A stretch of DNA of 64,000 nt from Abditibacteriaceae bacterium (GCA_965277285.1 OZ255721.1:2656001-2720000), one strand, 5' to 3'; positions 50,065 to 60,422 are shown, counted from the stretch's first letter. Program-made: numbers and translations. The notes: a model not told the origin generated them from the sequence alone.

Positions 50065-51210
50065 ATGTCTTCCTGCTTCATCGAAATCAACCGCGACGCG
50101 TTGCGCCACAATTTTCGCCAGATTCAAGCTCTGCTTGGCGCACAAACGCGCATTATCGCCGTTATCAAAGCGAACGCGTACGGTCACGGCGCTGTTGAAA
50201 CGGCGCGCGTTTTCTTATCTGAAGGCGCGTCAATGCTCGCGGTGACGCGTTTGGAAGAAGCGATTCCATTGCGCGAAAGCGGAATTACAACGCCAATTTT
50301 GATGTTGACGCCGCCGTTGCCCGAGGAAGAAAGCGCGGCGATTTCGCACGATTTAACGCTTTGCGTCGCGTCATTGGACGATGCGAAACGCGTGTCGCAA
50401 GCGGCCATGAAGCTTAATCAAATGGCGCGCGTGCAACTAAAAATCAACTCGGGAATGAGTCGTCTGGGCGTCGAACCTGAAGAATCCGCGCGCGTGGCGA
50501 CAGAAATCGTCGCTTTGCCAAACATCCGACTTGAAGCCGCCTGGACGCATTTCGCGTTCGCAGCCGAAAGTGACGCATCGAGTACTCGAAACGCATTCGC
50601 ACGTTTTCAAAATGCTGCAGAAGACATCGAAAAAGCGACGGGCATTTCCAATTTTCATTGCGCCAATTCCGCCGCGACGTTGCGCTTTCCTGAAATGCGA
50701 TTGAACGCCGTTCGTCCCGGAACGATTTTATACGGTCAATTTCCGTCCGATGAAGCGCGCGCGGCGGCCAAAGAAAACGGCGTCGTTTTGCGCGATGGTT
50801 TTCGGGCTTGCACGCGCGTTATTGCGGTTCGTGATGTGAAGCGCGGCCAAACTGTCGGCTACGGCGGCGAATGGAAAGCCGCGCGCGAAGAACGCATTGC
50901 GACACTTGGAATCGGTTATGCCGACGGTTTGACAATGACACCGGACGCGCGCGTGCCGAACGCCAAACGCACGATACAAAACGCGCTCAAGAACGCCGTG
51001 CGCCCGCCGCAACGTTTCGTCAAATATGGAAGTGAGCGCGCACCGATCATCGGTCGCATCGCAATGCAACAATGCTCGATTTTGGCGACGCGCTTGCCGC
51101 AACTTGAAGTCGGCGATGTGGTTGCGGTTTCGATGCGCCGTTTGGCAGCGGGCGCGCATCTGCCGCGCATTTATGTTGACGATGCAGACAGCAACGAACC
51201 CGAAGCATGA
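50065..51210 (+). CDS. alr: alanine racemase
   Basis: AVIKANAYGHG, KINSGMSRLG, HCANSA, VRPG..LYG. Confidence 0.93.
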   Translation: MSSCFIEINRDALRHNFRQIQALLGAQTRIIAVIKANAYGHGAVETARVFLSEGASMLAVTRLEEAIPLRESGITTPILMLTPPLPEEESAAISHDLTLCVASLDDAKRVSQAAMKLNQMARVQLKINSGMSRLGVEPEESARVATEIVALPNIRLEAAWTHFAFAAESDASSTRNAFARFQNAAEDIEKATGISNFHCANSAATLRFPEMRLNAVRPGTILYGQFPSDEARAAAKENGVVLRDGFRACTRVIAVRDVKRGQTVGYGGEWKAAREERIATLGIGYADGLTMTPDARVPNAKRTIQNALKNAVRPPQRFVKYGSERAPIIGRIAMQQCSILATRLPQLEVGDVVAVSMRRLAAGAHLPRIYVDDADSNEPEA

Positions 51211-51347
51211 GCGCGGGAGATTATTACTTCTATCTTCCTCGCTTACGATTCGGGTTCGTTGGCGCCTGCACCAAAAACAATCGAGTACTCGATACGCAAA
51301 AAGCGCCTTCAAACTTTGAATTTGAAGGCGCTTGTGCTTTCGATGTT

Positions 51348-51809
51348 TTACGATGCGACTTTGATCATTTCAGCTAAGGAAATCGGCTTGCTGCCGGCGA
51401 CCATCGGATTGGCTTTGGCATAGGCGGCAAACGCTTTGGCGCTCGTCAGCGCATGGTAAGTTTCGGGGCAATAGCGATGGCTGGCTTTTTTCGCCACGAA
51501 CACGACACCGGGAAGGCTCGAAATCCACGCGTCGCCCTTGCGAGAAATCGTGACCCATTTGCCTTTGATTTCGGTCGGCGCCTTGATCGTCAGGTCACCT
51601 TTATATTGGTCGCGGTCGTCCAACGCGCAATAAACGCAGCGGTAAGGAACCGTTTTGCCGCCCGATTTCAGCGTCACCACGTTATCGACTTTGGCGGTGT
51701 TCGCCTCGACCGGCATACTGCAAAGCGGACAATCGGGTTGCGCGGCCAACACGCTTCCACCAGATGCGCCCAACAACAAAGCGGCAATCGCCAACTTTTG
51801 AATCTTCAT
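51348..51809 (-). CDS. exported protein with CxxC motifs
   Basis: Signal peptide, CPLCSM, CVYC. Confidence 0.7.
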   Translation of the reverse strand: MKIQKLAIAALLLGASGGSVLAAQPDCPLCSMPVEANTAKVDNVVTLKSGGKTVPYRCVYCALDDRDQYKGDLTIKAPTEIKGKWVTISRKGDAWISSLPGVVFVAKKASHRYCPETYHALTSAKAFAAYAKANPMVAGSKPISLAEMIKVAS

Positions 51810-51975
51810 TTTCTCTCCCTGTGCTGTCTCTTTGAAATTTTGGTCACGCGCCGTGACGAACGCTCGATGCGCTGGTTCTTTCAATCGTATTCAAGAACAC
51901 GAGAATTCTTCTTGCGACGTTTAGCGCCCCATATTTTATGCGCTCAAACGCGCGGCGTGCGATACTTGGCGCACC

Positions 51976-52623
51976 ATGAACTGGCTTGCGCACCTACTGC
52001 TTTCCGAACCGTCGCCCGCGTTTCGTCTGGGCAACATTCTGCCCGATATGTTGCGCAATCGAGTACTCGAAACCTTGCCGGACGAGTTTCAAAGCGGCAT
52101 TGCGCGCCACAAAGCGATTGATTCCTTCACCGATTCGCACTTTGTGCCCAAACGCAGCATCACGCGCATGAACGCGCCCTTTCGACGTTTCGGCGGCGTC
52201 CTCACCGACGTTTTCTACGACCATTTCCTGACCCGCGATTGGAACACTTACAGCAACATTCCACTCGATAGTTTGGTCGCTGAATTTTACGCATCGTTCG
52301 ACAGTTTTCGTGGTGACATTCCGCTCGAAGTCTTCGGCGCGCTGCAGCGAATGCGCGAGCAAAACTGGCTGGGTTCCTACGGCGACGTGCGCGGCATCGA
52401 AATTACTTTGCAACGCATCAGTTTTCGCTTGAAACGTCCGTTTCCTTTGCAAGAAGCGATTGTTGAACTCGAACGCAACTACGATTTCCTTTCGGATGAC
52501 TTTAACGAGTTTTTCCCGCAACTGATGGCGCACGTTTCAGATAATCATTCAGTCGAAATTGACGCCGTGCATGAAGCAATTGGGATAAACAAATACCAAG
52601 AAGTACGCAAAAGGCATGAGTAG
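51976..52623 (+). CDS. acpH: ACP phosphodiesterase
   Basis: MNWLAHL, H.AID.FTD.H, DVFYDHFL. Confidence 0.88.
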   Translation: MNWLAHLLLSEPSPAFRLGNILPDMLRNRVLETLPDEFQSGIARHKAIDSFTDSHFVPKRSITRMNAPFRRFGGVLTDVFYDHFLTRDWNTYSNIPLDSLVAEFYASFDSFRGDIPLEVFGALQRMREQNWLGSYGDVRGIEITLQRISFRLKRPFPLQEAIVELERNYDFLSDDFNEFFPQLMAHVSDNHSVEIDAVHEAIGINKYQEVRKRHE

Positions 52624-52917
52624 GCAATTCAAGTATAAAACGACGCGAGCGCACATCAGTTTGGCTTTTGTCTGTCGAGCGATGCCAATGGCTTTTGCAG
52701 AAAGGAGAATACCCATCAATGTCCCGATTGTGGACAAAACAAACATATCGCCGACAAAGGGCCAACCAATAACGTTAGCAGAATGTTTCAAAGCGAAATC
52801 ACCAACGAAAACGACCGTTCTCGAAACAAGAGCGGTAGAAAACAAAATCGCATTTACCAATCCAATGCGACAAAAAGATACATCGGACGGCAACCGTTTT
52901 ACTGGTTTTATTTTCAT
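52549..52917 (-). CDS. small membrane protein
   Basis: Three hydrophobic segments, directly after rnc. Confidence 0.55.
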   Translation of the reverse strand: MKIKPVKRLPSDVSFCRIGLVNAILFSTALVSRTVVFVGDFALKHSANVIGWPFVGDMFVLSTIGTLMGILLSAKAIGIARQTKAKLMCARVVLYLNCLLMPFAYFLVFVYPNCFMHGVNFD

Positions 52918-52926
52918 CTCAAGTCT

Positions 52927-53649
52927 TCAAAATACTGCCTCGTTCATCGCATCAAGCGCCATTTGCGCGGCATTTTCTTCAGCTTCTTTTTTAGTGCGAC
53001 CTTCGCCGCGTCCGCGCACTTCGTCCATCAGAATTACTTGCGATGTGAAAACTTTTCCGCCTTTGCTTTTCGTGGCGGTTTGATATTTCGGCGTTCCCAA
53101 ACCAATAGCTTGCGTTCGTTCTTGCAACAAGTTTTTCACGTTGACGGCGCGTTGTGCGACAGATGCAAGCTCGTCTTCGAGTACTCGAAGTGCGAAATCA
53201 CGCACTTTTTCCAAGTCGCAACTCAGAAAAATCGCGCCAATGACGGCTTCGAGCGCGTCCGCCAAAATCGTGTCGCGCATTCGTCCGCCGCTTTGTTCTT
53301 CGCCTTTGCCAAGAATTAAATACTCGCCTAAACCGAGTTTCTTCGCGGCGCGCGCCAGACTTTCGCCACGAACCGCAGCGGCTTTGTGTTGCGTCAGATC
53401 GCCTTCGGGAAGATTCGGTTCCGTCCGATAAAGATGTTCCGCGACAATCGCGCCGACAATTGTATCGCCCAAAAACTCCAAGCGTTGGTTCGATTTCAGC
53501 GTGCGCGCGATGCCTTCGCCGACAGCGGACGGATGCGTCAACGCCAGCGACAATACTTCGTCGGGAACTTCGGCCTCGAGCAAAATACGAAGCGCATCGA
53601 GTGTTCGAGTACTCGATGCGCTGTTAGGTTGGGAAATGTTGTCTGTCAC
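52927..53649 (-). CDS. rnc: ribonuclease III
   Basis: NQRLEFLGD, DALEAVIGA, dsRBD. Confidence 0.96.
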   Translation of the reverse strand: MTDNISQPNSASSTRTLDALRILLEAEVPDEVLSLALTHPSAVGEGIARTLKSNQRLEFLGDTIVGAIVAEHLYRTEPNLPEGDLTQHKAAAVRGESLARAAKKLGLGEYLILGKGEEQSGGRMRDTILADALEAVIGAIFLSCDLEKVRDFALRVLEDELASVAQRAVNVKNLLQERTQAIGLGTPKYQTATKSKGGKVFTSQVILMDEVRGRGEGRTKKEAEENAAQMALDAMNEAVF

Positions 53650-53759
53650 AGAAGGGATTTTAGGTCTTGGATTTTAGATCTTTGGGTGCTTGATATTGAA
53701 AGGTTAATCTCTTGATTTTGGCTTCCCAAAGATCCAAGATCTAAAATCCAAGACCCAGT

Positions 53760-55004
53760 TCATTCGTGCCAACGACGCGCCGCGAGTGTCGCGTTATGGC
53801 CGCCAAAGCCGGACGAGTTGCTGAGTGCGACTTCGATTTCCGCCGGACGCGCGCCTTCGGTCACATAATCCAGATCGCATTCCGGATCAGGAAATTCGTA
53901 GTTGATGGTCGGCGGCAGGATTTGGTCGCGTAAGCCAAGAATCGTCGCAATGAATTCGACGCCACTGCCAGCACCCAGCAAATGCCCGATTTGCGATTTG
54001 GTCGAGGACACCGCAAGTTTCTTCGCGTGTTCGCCAAAAACGCTTTTAATAGCGGTTGTTTCGGTTTTGTCGTTGGTCGGCGTGCTCGTTCCGTGCGCGT
54101 TGATGTATTGCACGTCTTCGGGCTGCAAGTTCGCGTGCTGCAAGGCGAGTTTCATTGAGCCGCCGATGCCGCTGCCATCTTCGGGCATTCCTGTGATGTG
54201 ATACGCATCGCCGTTCATGCCGTGCGAAATCATTTCCGCAATGATTGGCGCGCCGCGTTTCTTCGCCGAAGACAACGATTCGAGAATCAAAATGCCCGCG
54301 CCTTCGCCCATCACGAAACCATCGCGCGTCGCATCAAAAGGACGGCTGGCGCGGCTCGGGTCGTCATTGCGTTTGGACAAAGCGCGCATATTGCCAAAAC
54401 CTGCCAACGCCGAATCGCAAATCGGCGCTTCGGTGCCGCCGGTAATCATGGCGTCCGCATCGCCGCGACGAATGAAATCGAAGGCCGCGCCAATCGAGTG
54501 CGCCGAACTTGTACACGCCGAAACCAGCGTTGTGTTGGGGCCGCGCGCGCCGCTCTGAATCGAGACATGGCCGCTCGCCATGTTCGCAATCATCATCGGA
54601 ATCAGGAAAGGGCTAACGCGATGCGGACCTTTTTCCAACAACGTGCGGTATTCTTTTTCCCACGTCGTCAGGCCGCCGATGCCGCAACCGACGATGACAC
54701 CAACGCGCTCGGAGTTCGAGGCGTCAATCTTCAGTTCGCTGCGGCGCAACGCTTCCTGCGACGCGGCCAGCGCCAAATGCACGAAGCGATCCATGCGACG
54801 CGCTTCTTTGCGGTCGATGTAATCTTCGGCGTTGAAACCGAAGACTTCGCCCGCGAAACGCACGTCGTGCGGGCTGGCGTCAATCAAAGTGATCGGCGCG
54901 ATGCCGCTTTTGGCGGTTTTTACGCCGTCCCAGAAAGCATCAACGCCCACGCCCAACGGCGTCATCGCGCCCACGCCGGTGACAACAACTCTTTCGTAAT
55001 TCAT
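53760..55004 (-). CDS. fabF: 3-oxoacyl-ACP synthase II
   Basis: SACTS, NAHGTST, GHLLGA. Confidence 0.96.
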   Translation of the reverse strand: MNYERVVVTGVGAMTPLGVGVDAFWDGVKTAKSGIAPITLIDASPHDVRFAGEVFGFNAEDYIDRKEARRMDRFVHLALAASQEALRRSELKIDASNSERVGVIVGCGIGGLTTWEKEYRTLLEKGPHRVSPFLIPMMIANMASGHVSIQSGARGPNTTLVSACTSSAHSIGAAFDFIRRGDADAMITGGTEAPICDSALAGFGNMRALSKRNDDPSRASRPFDATRDGFVMGEGAGILILESLSSAKKRGAPIIAEMISHGMNGDAYHITGMPEDGSGIGGSMKLALQHANLQPEDVQYINAHGTSTPTNDKTETTAIKSVFGEHAKKLAVSSTKSQIGHLLGAGSGVEFIATILGLRDQILPPTINYEFPDPECDLDYVTEGARPAEIEVALSNSSGFGGHNATLAARRWHE

Positions 55005-55076
55005 GGTTCAAAAAAGAGTGGTTAGCGGCTGAATTCGAGTACTCGATTCGCAAACCACTAACCACTTTTACAACTG

Positions 55077-55313
55077 TTAGGCTTCCAACTTTTTGTCGAT
55101 GTAAGTGACCGCATCGCCGACAGTCGTAATTTTTTCAGCGTCTTCGTCCGGGATTTCGATCTCGAACTCTTCTTCAAAACGCATCACGAGTTCGACCACA
55201 TCGAGCGAATCGGCGCCCAAATCTTCCACGAAACGCGCCTGCGGCGTCACAATACCCGCGTCCACACTCAGTTCGTCCGCGACAATTTCCTTGACCTTAT
55301 CGGCAGTTGCCAT
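55077..55313 (-). CDS. acpP: acyl carrier protein
   Basis: [12 protein letters not shown]. Confidence 0.97.
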   Translation of the reverse strand: MATADKVKEIVADELSVDAGIVTPQARFVEDLGADSLDVVELVMRFEEEFEIEIPDEDAEKITTVGDAVTYIDKKLEA

Positions 55314-55415
55314 GTTTACTTCCTCCAGAGATTGAGTACTTTTTCAAGTGATAAATGTCGAGCGACAATTGACAAGCAAAATTTGTCACTTGTCGCTCGT
55401 CACCGAAACACCTTT

Positions 55416-56150
55416 CTACATTACCATACCACCGTCCACGTTCAAAACCTGTCCGGTAATATATTTTGCGCTTGCGCTCGCCAAAAATACGACGGCGTCC
55501 GCCACATCGTCGGCTTCGCCCAGTGCACCCAGCGGAATTTGGCCAATCAGCGAGGTTTTCACGTCTTCGCCCAAATCCGCTGTCATGTCAGTCGTGATGA
55601 AGCCGGGCGCAATCGCGTTCACCGTGATGCCGCGACTGCCCAGCTCTTTCGCCACCGATTTTGTAAAACCGATCAATCCGGCTTTGCTGGCCGCATAATT
55701 CGCCTGACCCGCGTTGCCCATTTGCCCGACCACGCTGGTGATATTGATAATGCGCCCGCCCGAACTCTTCAGCATCGGGCGAACTGCCGCTTTGGTGCAC
55801 AAAAACGCGCCGGTCAAATTGGTTTCGAGTACTCGATTCCATTGTTCCAACTTCATGCGAATCAAAAGCGTGTCGTCGGTAATTCCGGCGTTGTTCACCA
55901 AGATGTCAATGCTACCAAACTCCGCGACCGCTTGCTTAAATGCGCTTTCAACCGCCGCGCCATCAGCCACATCAACCGACAGCGACAACGCGCGCCGTCC
56001 CAAAGCTTGAATTTCCTGTGCCAACTCGTCCGGCGCCGTGCGCGCAATCAGAACGCAGTCGGCACCATTTTGCGCCAACTTCAGCGCAATCGCGCGACCG
56101 ATACCGCGCCGCGCTCCGGTAATAATTGCGACTTTGTTTTCCAGAATCAT
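55416..56150 (-). CDS. fabG: 3-oxoacyl-ACP reductase
   Basis: TGARRGIG, NNAG, YAASK. Confidence 0.96.
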   Translation of the reverse strand: MILENKVAIITGARRGIGRAIALKLAQNGADCVLIARTAPDELAQEIQALGRRALSLSVDVADGAAVESAFKQAVAEFGSIDILVNNAGITDDTLLIRMKLEQWNRVLETNLTGAFLCTKAAVRPMLKSSGGRIINITSVVGQMGNAGQANYAASKAGLIGFTKSVAKELGSRGITVNAIAPGFITTDMTADLGEDVKTSLIGQIPLGALGEADDVADAVVFLASASAKYITGQVLNVDGGMVM

Positions 56151-56176
56151 AAGGATGGATTAATCTTTGGTAACTT

Positions 56177-56434
56177 CTACAACTCGTACTCGCCTGTCAA
56201 TAATGCCTTTTGCTTCAACGCCTCGCGCACGAAAGTTTTCAAGGCGCCAACTTTATAGAGCGGGACTTCATCAGGAACGTCGATATGAAACTCTTCCTCG
56301 CACCGCATAAACAACTCGACAACATCGAGAGACGCGCCTAAATCGTGAATAAAATCGGCGTCATCCGTAATTTTCTCGCGCGGCACACCAAGTTCTTGCG
56401 CGATCAATTGTTCGATTTTTTCATCAATCTTCAT
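56177..56434 (-). CDS. second, divergent ACP-like protein
   Basis: DLGASLDVVEL (lacks the Asp before Ser). Confidence 0.8.
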   Translation of the reverse strand: MKIDEKIEQLIAQELGVPREKITDDADFIHDLGASLDVVELFMRCEEEFHIDVPDEVPLYKVGALKTFVREALKQKALLTGEYEL

Positions 56435-56438
56435 CGTG

Positions 56439-57320
56439 CTAATTTTCCGAAGATTGCGTCGTCACGCTTTTATCGATGCGCTTGATCAAACCCGCCAGAA
56501 CTTTGCCCGAACCCAATTCGTGAAACTGCGTGGCGCCGTCGCCAATCATATTACGAACAATTTCCGTCCAACGCACCGGATTTGTCATTTGACGACTCAA
56601 GGCCGCACGCAACTCGTTCGCATCGGTTGTCGCCTGCGCCGTCGTATTTGGATAAACCGCGAAAGCTGCATCCTGAAATGGCGCATCCGCGATCAACTGC
56701 GCCATTTCATCGCCCGCGCTTTTCATCAAAGGCGAATGAAACGCGCCGCTGACGGGCAGACGAACTGCCATCTTTGCGCCATTATTTTTCGCTTCTCTCA
56801 TCGCCGCTTCGACAGCGTTTTCTTCGCCGGAAACCACGATTTGTCCCGGCGAATTAAAGTTGGCGGCCACCACAATGCCGTTGGTTCGCGCGCTTTCGAG
56901 TACTCGATCCAAGTCGTCATCAGCCAGGCCGATAATCGCGGCCATCGTTCCCTGCGGCGCCTGCGACATCAATTCGGCGCGACGTTTAACCAGTTTCATC
57001 GCGGCTTGGAAACTCAACACTTTAGCCGCCACCAGCGCGGCATATTCGCCCAGCGAATGTCCCGCCGCCATCTCAGCCGACAAACCATTCTCGCGCGCTT
57101 CCAGCCACGCCGCCACGCCAACTGTTAAAAGCGCCGGTTGCGCGTGCAAAGTATTCGTCAGCGTTTCTTCGGGGCCATTGAAGCAAAGTTCCACTAAATC
57201 ATAGCCCAAAATCTCATGCGCCTGAGCGAAAAGAGCGCGACACGATTCGCTGCTTTGGAACAGCGTATGTCCCATCCCAACTTTTTGGCTACCCTGACCA
57301 GGAAAAACAATCGCGTTCAT
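56439..57320 (-). CDS. fabD: malonyl-CoA:ACP transacylase
   Basis: FPGQGSQ, GHSLGEY, AFHS. Confidence 0.96.
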   Translation of the reverse strand: MNAIVFPGQGSQKVGMGHTLFQSSESCRALFAQAHEILGYDLVELCFNGPEETLTNTLHAQPALLTVGVAAWLEARENGLSAEMAAGHSLGEYAALVAAKVLSFQAAMKLVKRRAELMSQAPQGTMAAIIGLADDDLDRVLESARTNGIVVAANFNSPGQIVVSGEENAVEAAMREAKNNGAKMAVRLPVSGAFHSPLMKSAGDEMAQLIADAPFQDAAFAVYPNTTAQATTDANELRAALSRQMTNPVRWTEIVRNMIGDGATQFHELGSGKVLAGLIKRIDKSVTTQSSEN

Positions 57321-57344
57321 ATCGGAAATCGAGTACTCGAAAGG

Positions 57345-57914
57345 TTACTTCTTCGCCTTGATAATGTAATGGTACGGCCCGACATCGCGCAACTCGTCCA
57401 CGGAAAATCCAGCGTTTTCGACCATCGTTTTAGCATCATCTGGCTCTAAACGTTGCGTGTTCGGCGGCCCGGGTTGCGATTCTTCGTCTGCCCAATTCCA
57501 CTCGATCAAGGCCAGGGTTCCGCCGCTTTTGAGGACGCGAAAAACTTCGCCCAAATGTTTCTCAGGCTCCGCACATTCGTGCAAAACATTGGCGTGAAAC
57601 ACGGCATCGGCTTCGCCTTCATCCAACTCAAATTCGTTTTCGCGGCATGGCAACGTCAAAATTCTTTCCCAGTTTCCACGTTTGGCGCGCAAAATCTGCA
57701 ACATCGCGGGCTGCATATCCAACGCGTAAACCATGCCGCGAGGCCGCACCGCGCGCTCCAATTCAAAAGTGAACCAACCCGTTCCGCAACCGATTTCCGC
57801 CACACGCGAACCTGCCGCAATGCCCGCCGCTTGGACAATCTCACGCGGATTGTTCCAATTCAAGCGTTCAGCGACATCCAAACGCGCCGCGTTTTGTGGA
57901 TCAAACTTAGTCAT
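57345..57914 (-). CDS. class I SAM-dependent methyltransferase
   Basis: EIGCGTG, ALD..P.ML, RVLKSGG. Confidence 0.88.
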   Translation of the reverse strand: MTKFDPQNAARLDVAERLNWNNPREIVQAAGIAAGSRVAEIGCGTGWFTFELERAVRPRGMVYALDMQPAMLQILRAKRGNWERILTLPCRENEFELDEGEADAVFHANVLHECAEPEKHLGEVFRVLKSGGTLALIEWNWADEESQPGPPNTQRLEPDDAKTMVENAGFSVDELRDVGPYHYIIKAKK

Positions 57915-58201
57915 TTCTGATGAATCTAAATTAACTGCCAAGAAACTGTGAATCGAGTACTCGAAACTCACAGTTTGTCATTCTGAGAGGTTGTATAGAA
58001 AGTTGTGGAATGGAGCCAAAAACGCTCGAAACTTGTAGTTTGTCATGCTGCGCGCAGCGAAGAATCTGATTGAGGTTAGATTCTTCGCTGCGCGCAGAAT
58101 GACAAACTGCGAGTTCGATAACTTTTCCTAATTTCTGCACATTGTCAAAATGGCACACATAACTTGCAATTCTACGGGCGTCTTAGCGGTTCCTAAACTT
58201 T

Positions 58202-59209
58202 TCAATACCAGCGCAAAACGCAACTGCTCCACGCCAAGCCGCCGCCGAAACCGACCGTCACTACAACATCATCGCGCTTGATGTGACCTTGCTGGCGCGC
58301 TTCGGCGAGCGCAATTGGAATCGTCGCCGCGTCAGTGTTGCCGTATTTTTGCAAGTTGACGAAGACTTTTTCCATCGGCAAACCCAGGCGATGTGCAGCC
58401 GATTCAATAATGCGAATGTTCGCCTGATGCGGCACCAATAAATCGACATCTTCAGGGGGAACGCCGCTTTTTTCCAGTGCACGAACGGCGCTTTCGCCCA
58501 TCACATGAACCGCGAATTTGTAAACCTCGCGCCCGTTCTGATAAATGCGACGATCTTGCGTTTGTTCGCCCAACGGCGTCGCTTTTTCGTAGTGCGGCGC
58601 GAAACGTTCGACCTTGAGCAGATCGGCGCCCGAACCATCGGAACCCATGTCCATGCCCAACAAACCGTAGCCTTGAGGCACGCGCCCGACCACAACCGCG
58701 CCCGCGCCATCTCCAAACAGCACGCACGTATTACGATCCGTCCAATCTGTAATGCGCGACAGCACATCGGCGCCAATCACCAGAACGTTGCGACACACGC
58801 CGTTCTGCACGAACTGCGCGCCCGTCGCCAGCGCATATGTAAAACCAGCGCACGCCGCCGATAAATCGAAGGCACCGCAACTGGCGCCCAGAGCGTATTG
58901 CACTTGCGACGCAGTCGATGGAAAAGGCGCGTCCGGCGTGCTTGTCGCCACGACAACCAGATCAATGTCGCCTGCCGTCAATTGCGCATCTTCCAGAGCG
59001 CGACGCGCGGCACGTTCGGCTAAAATCGCGGTCGTTTCATCCGGCGCGGCGATGTGGCGCTCGCCAATGCCAGTCCGTGAACGAATCCACTCATCGGTCG
59101 TGGCGACCAACTCGGCGACTTCGGCGTTTGTGAGTACTCGTTCGGGCAGGAACGCGCCCGCGCCAACGATGCCCGCCGCATAACGTGTTTGTTCTGGAAA
59201 AGAAGTCAA
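58202..59209 (-). CDS. fabH: 3-oxoacyl-ACP synthase III
   Basis: AACAGF, LFGDGAGA, PHQAN, YGNT; TTG start inferred. Confidence 0.95.
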   Translation of the reverse strand: MTSFPEQTRYAAGIVGAGAFLPERVLTNAEVAELVATTDEWIRSRTGIGERHIAAPDETTAILAERAARRALEDAQLTAGDIDLVVVATSTPDAPFPSTASQVQYALGASCGAFDLSAACAGFTYALATGAQFVQNGVCRNVLVIGADVLSRITDWTDRNTCVLFGDGAGAVVVGRVPQGYGLLGMDMGSDGSGADLLKVERFAPHYEKATPLGEQTQDRRIYQNGREVYKFAVHVMGESAVRALEKSGVPPEDVDLLVPHQANIRIIESAAHRLGLPMEKVFVNLQKYGNTDAATIPIALAEARQQGHIKRDDVVVTVGFGGGLAWSSCVLRWY

Positions 59210-59249
59210 AGTTTTCGCTACTTTCAAAACCTGGAGATCACGCAAAAGT

Positions 59250-60422
59250 TCAGGCCGCAGAAGATAACGGCGGCTCTTCGTCTTCGCGCTCTTGCTGCGC
59301 GCTTTTGCGCTCCGTACTTTTCTGCTCTTCGCTTTGGCGCTCTTCATTGCTGCGCTCTTCGCTGCGCGACGTTGCAATTGTCGTTTGCTCGATGGTTTCC
59401 CGAATCGTCTGGACGACATTCGATTCGACGATTTGCTTGGCGATGCGAATTGCAGAGTGAATGGAGCGCGCATCGGCGCTGCCATGCGAAATAACACAAA
59501 CGCCGTTGACGCCCAGCAAAAGCGCGCCGCCATACGCTGTATAATCGAGCTTGGCTTTCATGCCCTGCAACGAAGGCTGCAGCAACAACGCGCCCACTTT
59601 GGCTCGTCCCGAACTTAGCAGCGCATTTTTCAGTTCCGCCGAAAACATCTTCGCCAAGCCTTCGGCGACTTTCAAAACAACATTTCCGACGAAACCGTCA
59701 CACACCATCACTTCGACCGTTCCCGCGCCCAGATCGCGCCCTTCGACGTTGCCATGAAACTCGTAATGCCCGATCTCCGCATTATCCCGAATCAGGCCGA
59801 ACGCGGCTTTTGTCAATTCGTTGCCTTTGCCTTCTTCTTCACCAATGGAAAGCAATCCGACTTTGGGTAATTCGCCGTGTGCCAAGCAACCGCCGCTTCC
59901 GGGAATAATACCTTTGACAGTGCGCGCATAAGCGGCACCCATAATCGCAAATTCGGCCAACTGGCGCGGTTTGCAATCGACGTTCGCACCGGCATCCATC
60001 AAAACAATGGGATCTTGGGCGGTTGGAAAAACCGTCGCAATGCCGGGACGATCAATGCCTTTGATGCGCTTGAGAATAAACAGCGCGTGCGTTGAAGCCG
60101 CGCCCGTATTGCCTGCCGATAAAACCGCGTCCGCTTCACCGTTGGCATGAAGTTTCGTGGCGACGGCGAGCGAAGAATCAGTTTTCTTGCGCAACGCCTG
60201 CATCGGCGCTTCATCCATTTCGACGATCTGGCTGGCGTGACGAATCGTTACGCGCGACGACACATTTCCATGCGAAACATCGCGTGGCAAGCATGCGCGA
60301 ATTGCGGCTTCGTCGCCGACCAGAATGACGTCGATGTCGAAGTCGCGTGCGGCCTGGCACGCGCCCTTGACAATTTCGCCGGGCGCGCGGTCGCCGCCCA
60401 TCGCATCAATGGCGATTCGCAT
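59250..60422 (-). CDS. plsX: phosphate acyltransferase
   Basis: IAIDAMGGD, SAGNTGA, DGFVGN, SHGS. Confidence 0.96.
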   Translation of the reverse strand: MRIAIDAMGGDRAPGEIVKGACQAARDFDIDVILVGDEAAIRACLPRDVSHGNVSSRVTIRHASQIVEMDEAPMQALRKKTDSSLAVATKLHANGEADAVLSAGNTGAASTHALFILKRIKGIDRPGIATVFPTAQDPIVLMDAGANVDCKPRQLAEFAIMGAAYARTVKGIIPGSGGCLAHGELPKVGLLSIGEEEGKGNELTKAAFGLIRDNAEIGHYEFHGNVEGRDLGAGTVEVMVCDGFVGNVVLKVAEGLAKMFSAELKNALLSSGRAKVGALLLQPSLQGMKAKLDYTAYGGALLLGVNGVCVISHGSADARSIHSAIRIAKQIVESNVVQTIRETIEQTTIATSRSEERSNEERQSEEQKSTERKSAQQEREDEEPPLSSAA

